NCBI GenBank assembly: GCA_011772205.1
Contig: WVZY01000016.1
Location: forward strand, 21,634 to 85,633
Direction: 5' to 3'
From: Candidatus Latescibacterota bacterium
GTDB lineage: Bacteria; Krumholzibacteriota; Krumholzibacteriia; WVZY01
DNA: 64,000 nucleotides
The position numbers were made by a program, and so were the translations under genes. The first letter of the stretch is position 1. Each line of letters opens with the position of its first letter. This document shows positions 19,200-27,513 of this stretch, piece by piece. Under the pieces are notes generated by a model. It was not told the origin of the DNA. It ran no database searches and saw only the letters and a list, made by a program, of their open reading frames with translations.

Positions 19200-20693
19200 A
19201 TGATTCGTCCGCGATACAGACAACACATCACGCAGCTTTGGCTCATGGCCTGTGCATTGATTGCCGCAACACTCACGCACGGCTGCAGCACGGAGAGAAA
19301 TCCAACGACGCTTCCAGGAGCCCACCCCGAGAGCTGGATGGATGAGGAATCGCCGGATTTCCACGGCCGTTTCGTTTCCCTGGACGGTACGGTAAGCTGT
19401 GCGCACTGTCACGGTATCGATGAGCCAGGCGGCCGGGTGGGCGTCGCTTGTGTGGATTGTCATGGTCCTGGTTCGAGCAACTGTATCGCCTGCCACGGCG
19501 GCCTGGACAACATCACCGGCGCCCCGCCATACGGGCTTCGCGGAGAAACATCGGATACGACGCTGGCCGTCGGTGCGCACACCACCCACCTCGACGCGTC
19601 ATCCATAGCCGCCCCGTTGTCATGCAACGCTTGCCACATTGTTCCCCTCTTTTTGTTCAGTCCCACCCATCTCGACCTATCACCGCCGGGCGGGCAACCT
19701 CTCGACTCCATTGCGGAAATAACGTGGCACGGGATTGCCGACGGTGGCAATGCTGTCTGGAACCGGTCCTCACGGACCTGCGCGGGGACTTACTGCCACG
19801 GCAGCTTTACTGGTGGCAATGCCAACAATGCTCCTATTTGGACCGGCACCGGTCAGGCCACCTGCGGCTCCTGCCACGATGTGGGGAGCGATCCAGCTCA
19901 GCTACAATGGAAACACGAGTACCATATCGAGACGGCCGGACTGCTGTGTGCTGACTGCCACGCATCTGTAATAGATACAGAGCATAATATCATTGACCTC
20001 ACGTTACACGTGAACGGCCGGGCAGATACCCTGAGACGAGACCCTTCCATCTGCGATGTCTGTCATGGGTCAGGCCCCGAGGTATGCGTGGGCTGCCACG
20101 GAGGCGTCGACAATCTGACCGGCGCGCCACCGCTGGGCCTCCGGGGAGAGACTTCGGCGGACCAGCTGGCGGTGGGTGCGCATACCCTCCATATGGAAGG
20201 CGGCACGCTGGCCGATGCGTTTGCCTGCTCGGATTGCCACAAGGTTCCTTCGAGTTTGATCGACGACGGTCATCTTGGTTTGGATTCGATTGCCGAGATG
20301 ACTTTCAGTCCGCTGGCGGGACCGTCGGCGTCCTGGACCCGCTCCACGGCGACTTGCAGCAGTATCTACTGCCATGGGAGCTTTGCGGGCGGCAACATGT
20401 CCAACAGCCCCGTGTGGACGGGATTCGATCAGGCGGATTGCGGCTCGTGTCACGATGTGGGCAGCAATCCCAACTCACTTAGCGGCCAGCATCGCGACCA
20501 TATACAAGAGGAGAACCTGGACTGCATTGAGTGCCACGTCTCGGTGGTGAGCCGACAATTGAGCATCATTGATAAGAAGCTGCACGTCGACGGATTGAAA
20601 ACGGTTGCTTTCTTGAAAGGCGGGACGTATCAGAGTGGCTCGTGCTCGGGCCTGAACAGCACGAGCTGCCACGGGACGGAAGATTGGTGGTAG
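19200..20693 (+). CDS. Multihaem cytochrome c lipoprotein with CxxxxCH...CxxCH repeat modules (11 CxxCH plus 2 CxxxxCH)
   Basis: AGGAGG lies upstream. The N-terminus ...LWLMACALIAATLTHGCSTE is lipoprotein-like. The motifs CAGTYCHGSFTGGN...CGSCHDVG and CSSIYCHGSFAGGN...CGSCHDVG resemble the Geobacter CxxxxCH...CxxCH domain family. The two halves are clearly homologous. Confidence 0.85.
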   Translation: MIRPRYRQHITQLWLMACALIAATLTHGCSTERNPTTLPGAHPESWMDEESPDFHGRFVSLDGTVSCAHCHGIDEPGGRVGVACVDCHGPGSSNCIACHGGLDNITGAPPYGLRGETSDTTLAVGAHTTHLDASSIAAPLSCNACHIVPLFLFSPTHLDLSPPGGQPLDSIAEITWHGIADGGNAVWNRSSRTCAGTYCHGSFTGGNANNAPIWTGTGQATCGSCHDVGSDPAQLQWKHEYHIETAGLLCADCHASVIDTEHNIIDLTLHVNGRADTLRRDPSICDVCHGSGPEVCVGCHGGVDNLTGAPPLGLRGETSADQLAVGAHTLHMEGGTLADAFACSDCHKVPSSLIDDGHLGLDSIAEMTFSPLAGPSASWTRSTATCSSIYCHGSFAGGNMSNSPVWTGFDQADCGSCHDVGSNPNSLSGQHRDHIQEENLDCIECHVSVVSRQLSIIDKKLHVDGLKTVAFLKGGTYQSGSCSGLNSTSCHGTEDWW

Positions 20694-21219
20694 GGGGATG
20701 GTTCAGCAGAAGAGATCTATTCAGCGGTAATCCGCTCCGTTCTGAAGTAGCTTTCGTTTCTCTCAAGTTGCTGGGTGATGAATCCTGGTTGTCGAGTGTA
20801 ATGGACTCGGCAGCCGGGCTTTTTGTGAAGACTGTATAATTAGAATTCCTCACTACACGCCCCCTTCGCTACGTCATCCGCCTGCGGCGGGCGATGCTTG
20901 CTACGGAAGGCTATGCGCTCTCACCACGCCTCAGTTCTGCTAACTCCACGCAAGGGAACCCAATCAAATTGTCCGCCAACAGACCCGAAGCAAATGGTAC
21001 TTCTCAAGATCACCACGCGTTGTAGCAAATACCGCTAGGCTCTTTTCACAAATGCCACGATAGACGAGCAGTTGTAAGAATGCTTTAATCCAATAAGATT
21101 CCGGAATTAGCTGCTGAGCACTCTGGAATTAGGGGCATAGCAATAAAGTCAATGTCAATAGTCTGAGGCAACAAAATCCGTTAATAGAGCGAGAAGACAA
21201 CGAATGGAGATGGTCGTTC

Positions 21220-21633
21220 GTGAGAGAAGCAACGCAGAAGATACGGCTCATTCTCGTGGATGACGAGGCCGAATTCTTAGCATCCACAGCTGCAGCGCTG
21301 ATACGGCGAGGGATAGACGTGACTACCGCCCGGAGCGGATGGATCGCGCTCGAATTGTTGAACGACCAAAAGTTTGACGTAGCGATTCTCGACCTCAAGA
21401 TGCCCGGGATGTCTGGAAAGGTGCTCCATAGTGAGATCAAGCGACGCTGCCCGGACATGCCTGTGATTATTCTAACCGGTCACGGAAATTCCGAGCAAGT
21501 AGGTCATTTCTCCAAGGAAGGAATTTTTCACTATCTTTCCAAACCTTGCGATATGGAGACTCTCGTCAGCGTGACCAGACAATCTGTGGACAAATACTGG
21601 CAGAGATGGTTTCGCAGATTGAACCTCTCTTAA
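21220..21633 (+). CDS. Stand-alone response-regulator receiver protein (CheY-like)
   Basis: GTG start. Sequence MREATQKIRLILVDDEAEFL...FDVAILDLKMPGMSG...PVIILTGHG...LSKP. No output domain. Confidence 0.8.
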   Translation: MREATQKIRLILVDDEAEFLASTAAALIRRGIDVTTARSGWIALELLNDQKFDVAILDLKMPGMSGKVLHSEIKRRCPDMPVIILTGHGNSEQVGHFSKEGIFHYLSKPCDMETLVSVTRQSVDKYWQRWFRRLNLS

Positions 21634-22080
21634 TATTGCACGACGAGCTCTTTGGTCAATTGCCATGGATCGCTCTGCCAACGATATCGACAAGCCATTG
21701 ATAACGGTGCTTTTCAAATAGCCAGCAGCTCTTTTTCGTTCACGGGTCGAATAAGCCCGGTTATTGAAAATGATACACTCAATAGCCGGGCTTATTTTTA
21801 GGGAGACACCTCGTGATGGAAATTCCGGATTATTCGCACTGAGCGTGCGAGACGCGCTGCGTGATGGGGATGACGAACTATTGCGCGGATGCAAGCAGGG
21901 AGGCTCTGCGCAGGTGAGGAACCCCCATCACGCAGCAATCATACAAGCATCCTCCGCTGATGGCGAACAACCGACCGAAGCGAACGCAGGTCCGTAGTCC
22001 TCGTTTCCCATCCGTCCGCAAAATAACCTACTGTGTCTTAGAGTTTCCTATGCTTGAAACCAGCGCGAAATTATGAAAGA

Positions 22081-22106
22081 ACGCGGGAGCAAAACTGCTC
22101 CCGCGT
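22081..22106. terminator. Perfect 10-bp hairpin ACGCGGGAGC-AAAACT-GCTCCCGCGT downstream of the 22170..22697 gene
   Basis: Read from the sequence. On the minus strand the hairpin is followed by TTCTTTCATAATTTC. Confidence 0.5.
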
Positions 22107-22169
22107 CCGAGGATTATTTATTTCCTCACTCCTATTTACGCCACACAGCTACTTGACGTCCATCCCGGT

Positions 22170-22697
22170 TCAGGGAAGAGAGACAGGCGACTCTTTTCCG
22201 ATTCCGTTCTCCAACAGGTTATTCCTGCAGTCAACGACCTGGATACCTTCGGGCCAGACCGAATGCGGGAGCACCTTGAACAACGTACCTGATGGGGAGT
22301 TGCCGGGCGACTGGTACGTCAGGGTCATCACGTGGACCGCATCAAATAAGCAGGTCCCGTACGCGATTGCGATCCCATCGTCGATGTCGCCAATACTCAA
22401 CGGAAATTGAACTTCGGCTCCAATTCGTACCCAGCCAGCAGGTGTTTCAATCTTGAAAGCTGATGCCGTTGCACCGTTCGCGACGTCATGGACAACGTAA
22501 AATACCACAGTGCCACCGGTGTCGACCAAGTTGGGATCAGTTCCCTCCTCATCTGCATAAACTCCAATGCTGCCCGCTAAAACAGGCTCCTCCGGTGGCT
22601 TCCTGGTAGAAGCGGGGTTATCGCTACTACAAGCGATGAAGAGACTGAGTACGAGCAGGATGCAGACAGGACAAATGATTCTAAATGCCTTATTCAT
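22170..22697 (-). CDS. Hypothetical lipoprotein
   Basis: The internal start ATG 22697 (GGAGGAGG upstream) gives MNKAFRIICPVCILLVLSLFIACSSDNPAS, a lipobox. No functional motif. Confidence 0.55.
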   Translation of the reverse strand: MNKAFRIICPVCILLVLSLFIACSSDNPASTRKPPEEPVLAGSIGVYADEEGTDPNLVDTGGTVVFYVVHDVANGATASAFKIETPAGWVRIGAEVQFPLSIGDIDDGIAIAYGTCLFDAVHVMTLTYQSPGNSPSGTLFKVLPHSVWPEGIQVVDCRNNLLENGIGKESPVSLP

Positions 22698-23075
22698 CTT
22701 GCTTTGAACCTCCTCCCAGATGAGAGCGCAATGGACAAGTGCCAAAGAATGGCTCCTTGCCGATATCATGGAATATGACCTCTGGCAATCGGCGAATGGG
22801 AGCAAAAATTGTTCCACTATTTCTGATCCTATTGTTCCACCCGTCCCGTCAAAGGTAGTGAGGCTCATAATGCCCTATCGTTATCCATATCTTCAAAATG
22901 CAGCCCGCAAAATGCGGCGGGCACGCGGGAATATTATCGATGGACTTCGTTGCACACCTGCCATCGGTTTTAAAGATCGCTGCATCATTGCTCACTAGCA
23001 CGCGAAGCAATGACACCGAAGTCCATGGATAAAAGTCCAGGCAAGCGACAATTTATGCCGAACTAACGCAAAAAG

Positions 23076-23084
23076 TGTTATAAT
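23076..23084 (+). promoter_or_regulatory. Extended -10 promoter element TGTTATAAT upstream of the 23193 response regulator gene
   Basis: Exact TGnTATAAT read at 23076-23084, about 110 nt upstream of the start. Confidence 0.35.
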
Positions 23085-23192
23085 GCCAGTGGGAAAAGAC
23101 CGAGATAGTAAGAACCTTAGAAACCATAGAATAACGAATACGCCACACGACATTTCCCGTTGCAAACCCTGTCCACGAGGGAGGTGGTTTGA

Positions 23193-23867
23193 TTGTCGGA
23201 AGAGGAAAACTCGAAGGAAAAGAAAAAAAAGCGTACTAAAGGCGTAAAAAAGAAGATTGAAGATTGGATGGTGAGGATCTCGTTTGCCGAAGCCGGGGAA
23301 CCTGATGCCGGATTCGAGGTTACCGGGGAAGAAATCAAGCGCAAAATAAAGCTCGCGATGGACAAGATCATGATCACGCGGTCGGAGAAAATGGCTCCCA
23401 AGCGAGCCGAAGCAGTTGATCAGGAACCAATCGTTAGGCCTCCGGCAGCCCGGGAGAGAAAGGAACGACCGGCCGGCGAAAGTCTACAAGTCATGATCAT
23501 CGATGATGAGCCCATCGTAGGAAAGCGCCTTCAACCCGCCCTGAGCAAGTACGGGATGGACGTCGAGGTGTTCACAGAATCCACCGAGGCACTCTCTCGG
23601 CTCAACGAGAAAGAATTCGACATCGTCGTCACCGATCTAAAGATGGAAGAAGTGGACGGCCTCCAGGTGCTGGCACACGTGATGTCGACATGCCCCAACA
23701 CCAGGGTGATCATGATCACCGGATACGGCTCAGTAGAGGTGGCCAGAGAAGCGCTCACCAAAGGTGCGTTTGATTTCGTCTCCAAACCCTTCAAGCCCAA
23801 GGACCTGCGGGCAATCATCAACAAAGCAGCATTGTCGATGGGATTCGAGGGAATTGATAGCGGCTAG
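23193..23867 (+). CDS. Response-regulator receiver protein with a ~95-aa Lys/Glu-rich N-terminal extension
   Basis: TTG start with GAGGGAGG upstream. N-terminus MSEEENSKEKKKKRTKGVKKKIEDW... The receiver domain reads LQVMIIDDEPIVGKRL...DIVVTDLKMEEVDGLQVL...VIMITGYG...FVSKPF. No DNA-binding or enzymatic output domain. Confidence 0.75.
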   Translation: MSEEENSKEKKKKRTKGVKKKIEDWMVRISFAEAGEPDAGFEVTGEEIKRKIKLAMDKIMITRSEKMAPKRAEAVDQEPIVRPPAARERKERPAGESLQVMIIDDEPIVGKRLQPALSKYGMDVEVFTESTEALSRLNEKEFDIVVTDLKMEEVDGLQVLAHVMSTCPNTRVIMITGYGSVEVAREALTKGAFDFVSKPFKPKDLRAIINKAALSMGFEGIDSG

Positions 23868-23921
23868 AATATAGCGGCAAGGCAGCGCGGCTGGGCACGC
23901 AACATTTCGGGGAGTTGATTT

Positions 23922-24326
23922 TCAGGCTCCGGATGCTTCTTCATTGAGCGAGTCGGCGGCGCGAGCGACGATACTGCGGATCTCGTTTACGTCGAAGGGC
24001 TTAGCGATGAAATCGAAGGCGCCGCTCGCCATCGCTTTACGGGCCATATCCATCATGGCGAATGCGGTGATGATGATGACTTTCGTACTGGATGACTTCT
24101 GCATTACGTGCTCCAAAACTTGAATCCCGTCGATGTCACCCATCACAATATCTGTAACCACAATGTCAAACTTCTTCTCGTCGAATCTCCTGAGGGCAAG
24201 CTCCGGATCCTCGAAAGCTTCCACTTCGAAACCGAGTCTGCGCAACGCGATTTTCACCGATCTGCAGACCATGGGCTCATCGTCCAGTACGAGAACCTCA
24301 AGTCCTTTGTATTTCCCTTCCTCCAT
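23922..24326 (-). CDS. Stand-alone response-regulator receiver protein
   Basis: 134 aa. Sequence LEVLVLDDEPMVCRSV...DIVVTDIVMGDIDGIQVL...VIIITAF...FIAKPF. Confidence 0.85.
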   Translation of the reverse strand: MEEGKYKGLEVLVLDDEPMVCRSVKIALRRLGFEVEAFEDPELALRRFDEKKFDIVVTDIVMGDIDGIQVLEHVMQKSSSTKVIIITAFAMMDMARKAMASGAFDFIAKPFDVNEIRSIVARAADSLNEEASGA

Positions 24327-24372
24327 AGATCTTCCTGCCGGAACTCAATGGTAACTCGGGTTCACCGGGTCT

Positions 24373-25956
24373 TCAATCATCTCCTCCCTCATCCTCGGAC
24401 TTCTCAGGACGAGAAGTAATATCGGAAGGTATGGTGGTCACAGGCAACAGCACGGTGAAGGTGGATCCGACACCCAGCTCGCTTTTCACCAAGAGATACC
24501 CGCCCAGCTTCCTTACGATTCCTCGGGAAACAGACAGCCCCAGTCCGGTTCCCTTGGCCTTGGGCTTGGTGGTAAAGAACGGATCGAAGATCTGGCTCAA
24601 GACATGCCCCGGCATGCCTGGACCGTTATCAGTGACGTCCACGCCCACAAAACCGTCCCGCCGATTCGTGTTGGTGCTGATGCGGATCTCTCCTTTTTCG
24701 GGGAGGACATCCAGAGCGTTGATGATCAGGTTCATGAACACCTGGCCAAGCAGATGACTGTCGCCATGCACGGCCGGCAGCACGTCCGGTACATCCATGA
24801 TCAGACGAACCTTCTTCATCCGTATTTGGTTGGCCACAAGCTCCACGGTCTTTTCCAGGATCGTTTTCATGTCCAGGGGTTCAAACTTGGTCTCACTGTG
24901 CCGAGCGAAGTCCAGCAAATTCCTAACAATCTTTTTCGTCCGCTCCACTTGAGCGACCAGATCCTGGAGCATCTCTTGCTTCTCACTATCTTCCAGGGAG
25001 TCGTATTCCTCCTCGAGCAATGAGGCAGTGAGCAGGATGTTGTTCATGGGGTTGTTCAGCTCATGTGCCACGCCCGAAACCAGGTTGCCCATGGCCCGGA
25101 GCTTGTGGGACTCCATTAGGATGCGGTGCTGTTGATCCAGCTCCCTCACCATCCGGTTGATATTCAGAGCGAGCAGGGAGAATTCGTCGCGGTACCTGCG
25201 CTTTGGAGTAATGGGCGTGAAATCTCCGGATGCGATCCTGTCGGTATACCCGATGAAGCGGTTTAAAGCCTTCAGGATGTAACGCGCTAAGAAGGCCACT
25301 ACCAACATCATGAGCGCGAACAGCACTCCCAGAAAGTAGAACGGCACATTGCGGGTCAAGTGGAGCATGGAATGAACCATCCTTCTCTCCTTGACCACGA
25401 ACTCCTGCGCTTGTGCAAACACCTTAGCGCCGTGTTCCCTCAGTTCCCCTTCATATTCGGCTCGATTACCCTGGCCCACAACGTCCAAGAGCTGTATGTA
25501 AACAGCCAGGTGCTCGTTCATGTCTCGAAGAGTTTTCTCCCCTACGACTCTGCGGAAGCGCTCGGCGTTTTCCTCGCTGAGACTTTGAGCCGTCCGAGCA
25601 TGTTCACGGGCATCATCTAGGTTGGTACCGTACAGCAGGAAGTTTTTCTCAAACCTGCGGGCTTGCTGAATCTCCACTTTGTAGTCGTCGGCCGCCTCCA
25701 GGAAGAGAATCTTGTCGTGCACCCCGGCAAGGACACTAATGATCCAGATAGTGATAAACAGTGTGAATAAGAAGAGGAGAGAAAAGGACAGTATCAACCG
25801 CAAGCGGATGTTGAAGATGGGCCTGTCCAGGATCGCCTTGTCTGCAGCTTCGTCGTATTCTCTGTCCCGCCGCGCAAATCCCTCCGAAGTAAGTACCGAG
25901 TGCAGGTCTGGAGGACTCGGAGTCTCCGGATGTGTGCTTTGATCGCTTTCCGGCAT
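24373..25956 (-). CDS. Sensor histidine kinase (two TM segments, HAMP, HisKA, HATPase)
   Basis: H-box VSGVAHELNNPMNNI, N-box NLIINALDV, G-boxes DNGPGM and GTGLGLS. HAMP-like segment IASGDFTPITPKRRYRDEFSLLALNINRMV. Confidence 0.85.
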   Translation of the reverse strand: MPESDQSTHPETPSPPDLHSVLTSEGFARRDREYDEAADKAILDRPIFNIRLRLILSFSLLFLFTLFITIWIISVLAGVHDKILFLEAADDYKVEIQQARRFEKNFLLYGTNLDDAREHARTAQSLSEENAERFRRVVGEKTLRDMNEHLAVYIQLLDVVGQGNRAEYEGELREHGAKVFAQAQEFVVKERRMVHSMLHLTRNVPFYFLGVLFALMMLVVAFLARYILKALNRFIGYTDRIASGDFTPITPKRRYRDEFSLLALNINRMVRELDQQHRILMESHKLRAMGNLVSGVAHELNNPMNNILLTASLLEEEYDSLEDSEKQEMLQDLVAQVERTKKIVRNLLDFARHSETKFEPLDMKTILEKTVELVANQIRMKKVRLIMDVPDVLPAVHGDSHLLGQVFMNLIINALDVLPEKGEIRISTNTNRRDGFVGVDVTDNGPGMPGHVLSQIFDPFFTTKPKAKGTGLGLSVSRGIVRKLGGYLLVKSELGVGSTFTVLLPVTTIPSDITSRPEKSEDEGGDD

Positions 25957-26003
25957 CCCCTACCTCTGCCATTCGAACGGCTAATAGGAACAGCTATTAA
26001 GTC

Positions 26004-26396
26004 TTATTCGGCCTCCGAGGATTTCTTGAGTTCTCGGGTCGCCTTTTCGAGCAACTTGCGAAGCTCCTTGGGCCGAAAGGGCTTGGCGATGAAACCGAAA
26101 GCACCTTTTGCCTGTGCTTCCCGCGCCAATTCCACCGTTGCGTATCCGGTGATCATGATCGTTTTCGATCTGGGAGAGTTCTCTTGAACAGCCTGCAGAA
26201 CATCCAAGCCGTTCACCTCGTCCATTCGTATGTCAGCGACGACAATATCGAATAATTCCTTTTTCAATCGATCGATGGCCTCTTGACCGCTTTGATAGAC
26301 TTCGATTGCGTATCCATCTTTTTCCAGAGCTATTTTGAGCCGCTTGCCAACAATCTCTTCATCATCGACGAGCAATACCTTTATCTTGCTTTCCAT
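26004..26396 (-). CDS. Stand-alone response-regulator receiver protein
   Basis: The internal start ATG 26396 of ORF 26004..26654 gives MESKIKVLLVDDEEIVGKRL...DIVVADIRMDEVNGLDVL...IMITGYA...FIAKPF (130 aa). Confidence 0.85.
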   Translation of the reverse strand: MESKIKVLLVDDEEIVGKRLKIALEKDGYAIEVYQSGQEAIDRLKKELFDIVVADIRMDEVNGLDVLQAVQENSPRSKTIMITGYATVELAREAQAKGAFGFIAKPFRPKELRKLLEKATRELKKSSEAE

Positions 26397-26407
26397 TATG
26401 AATCCCT

Positions 26408-27502
26408 TCAGAGTGGCGCGGCGGGTTCCTTGCTTGCGATCAAAGAGGCATGTACCTTCCGCCGTTGTATGTACGCTTTGAAGACAAAGAACAGAATGAT
26501 CAGTGCGCCGGTGATTCCGCTGGCAAAGAGCAAACCTTTGCTCAGCGAGTTGAAAATGGCGTCTTTGCTTGGGTCGAATTCGATATAACCGAGCTGCCGC
26601 AAGTAAGCTGGGATGTTGACGGCCCGGCTGATCACGCACAGCAATATGATGCATGAGGTAGCCAAACGGATAACCACCTCCCGCACCACTTTCGTGCCGT
26701 ACGCGCCCATGTGAATGCCGATGAGGGAGCCTATGAAGAGCAATAAGGTTAACCGTATGTCCACCATTCCTCTAAGCCCGTAGTTCAGCGCCCCCCAGGC
26801 GCCCATGAACTGGGCCAAGAATAGCTCTGTTCCGGCGGCGACCTGAGAGGAGACGCCGAAGAGGTAAATCATGGCCGGAACGCCGATGAATCCTCCCACA
26901 CCAATGGTCCCGGCCAGATACCCGGTTGCCAGGCCGCAGATCAGGACAATCCAAAGAGACACCTTCACATCTGCCACCGAAAAGTTGATCAAGGGATACA
27001 AGTGCAATCGGCTGAGGAAATCTACGATCCTTCGTGACGGTTTGACCTCCTCCGCTCCACGGGACCGAATGATGTCACGAAGCATGGAAATGGAAACAAA
27101 GGAGAGCACGAATACGAAGATCAAGCTGATGTACAGATTGGCTCCAGCTCCCTTCTCCTCTCCCTTGCCGCCGGCCACACCCGCCAGCTTCATCAGCCAT
27201 GCCGCCAGTGAGATGCCGGCCGCGGCGGTGATCAGCATGAAAATGGCCAGCTTCTTGTCCACGTGCCCCATCTCCCCGTGACGCTTGGCCCCAATCATGG
27301 CCTTGCCGAACTTATGGGTGATGTTGCTGGCCACCGCAATGTTACCCGGCACACCTAGGTTCATCATCCCGGGGGTCATGAAGAAAGCACCGCCGCTACC
27401 AATGAAGCCACTCAACGTCCCCCCAATGAAGCCGAGCAAGATCACCTGGGCGGCTGCTGCCCAGTCGATCTCGACAAAACTTCCCAAAATGAAATCGGGC
27501 AT
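26408..27502 (-). CDS. TauE/SafE-family (DUF81) anion permease
   Basis: Start ATG 27502 (AGGGAGA upstream). Multiple TM helices with the GxxxGxxGxGGG-type motif (LLGFIGGTLSGFIGSGGAFF; LATGYLAGTIGVGGFIGVP). Confidence 0.8.
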   Translation of the reverse strand: MPDFILGSFVEIDWAAAAQVILLGFIGGTLSGFIGSGGAFFMTPGMMNLGVPGNIAVASNITHKFGKAMIGAKRHGEMGHVDKKLAIFMLITAAAGISLAAWLMKLAGVAGGKGEEKGAGANLYISLIFVFVLSFVSISMLRDIIRSRGAEEVKPSRRIVDFLSRLHLYPLINFSVADVKVSLWIVLICGLATGYLAGTIGVGGFIGVPAMIYLFGVSSQVAAGTELFLAQFMGAWGALNYGLRGMVDIRLTLLLFIGSLIGIHMGAYGTKVVREVVIRLATSCIILLCVISRAVNIPAYLRQLGYIEFDPSKDAIFNSLSKGLLFASGITGALIILFFVFKAYIQRRKVHASLIASKEPAAPL

Positions 27503-27513
27503 GTGGTTCTCCC

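Noticed and set aside
23223-23230. A8 homopolymer at the start of the 23193 response-regulator gene (similar A/T8 runs occur at 2031-2039 and near 59590), considered as slippage or phase-variation sites
   Set aside because: All fall in Lys-rich (AAA/AAG) N-terminal coding stretches, which explains the runs. There is no alternative frame giving a plausible product.
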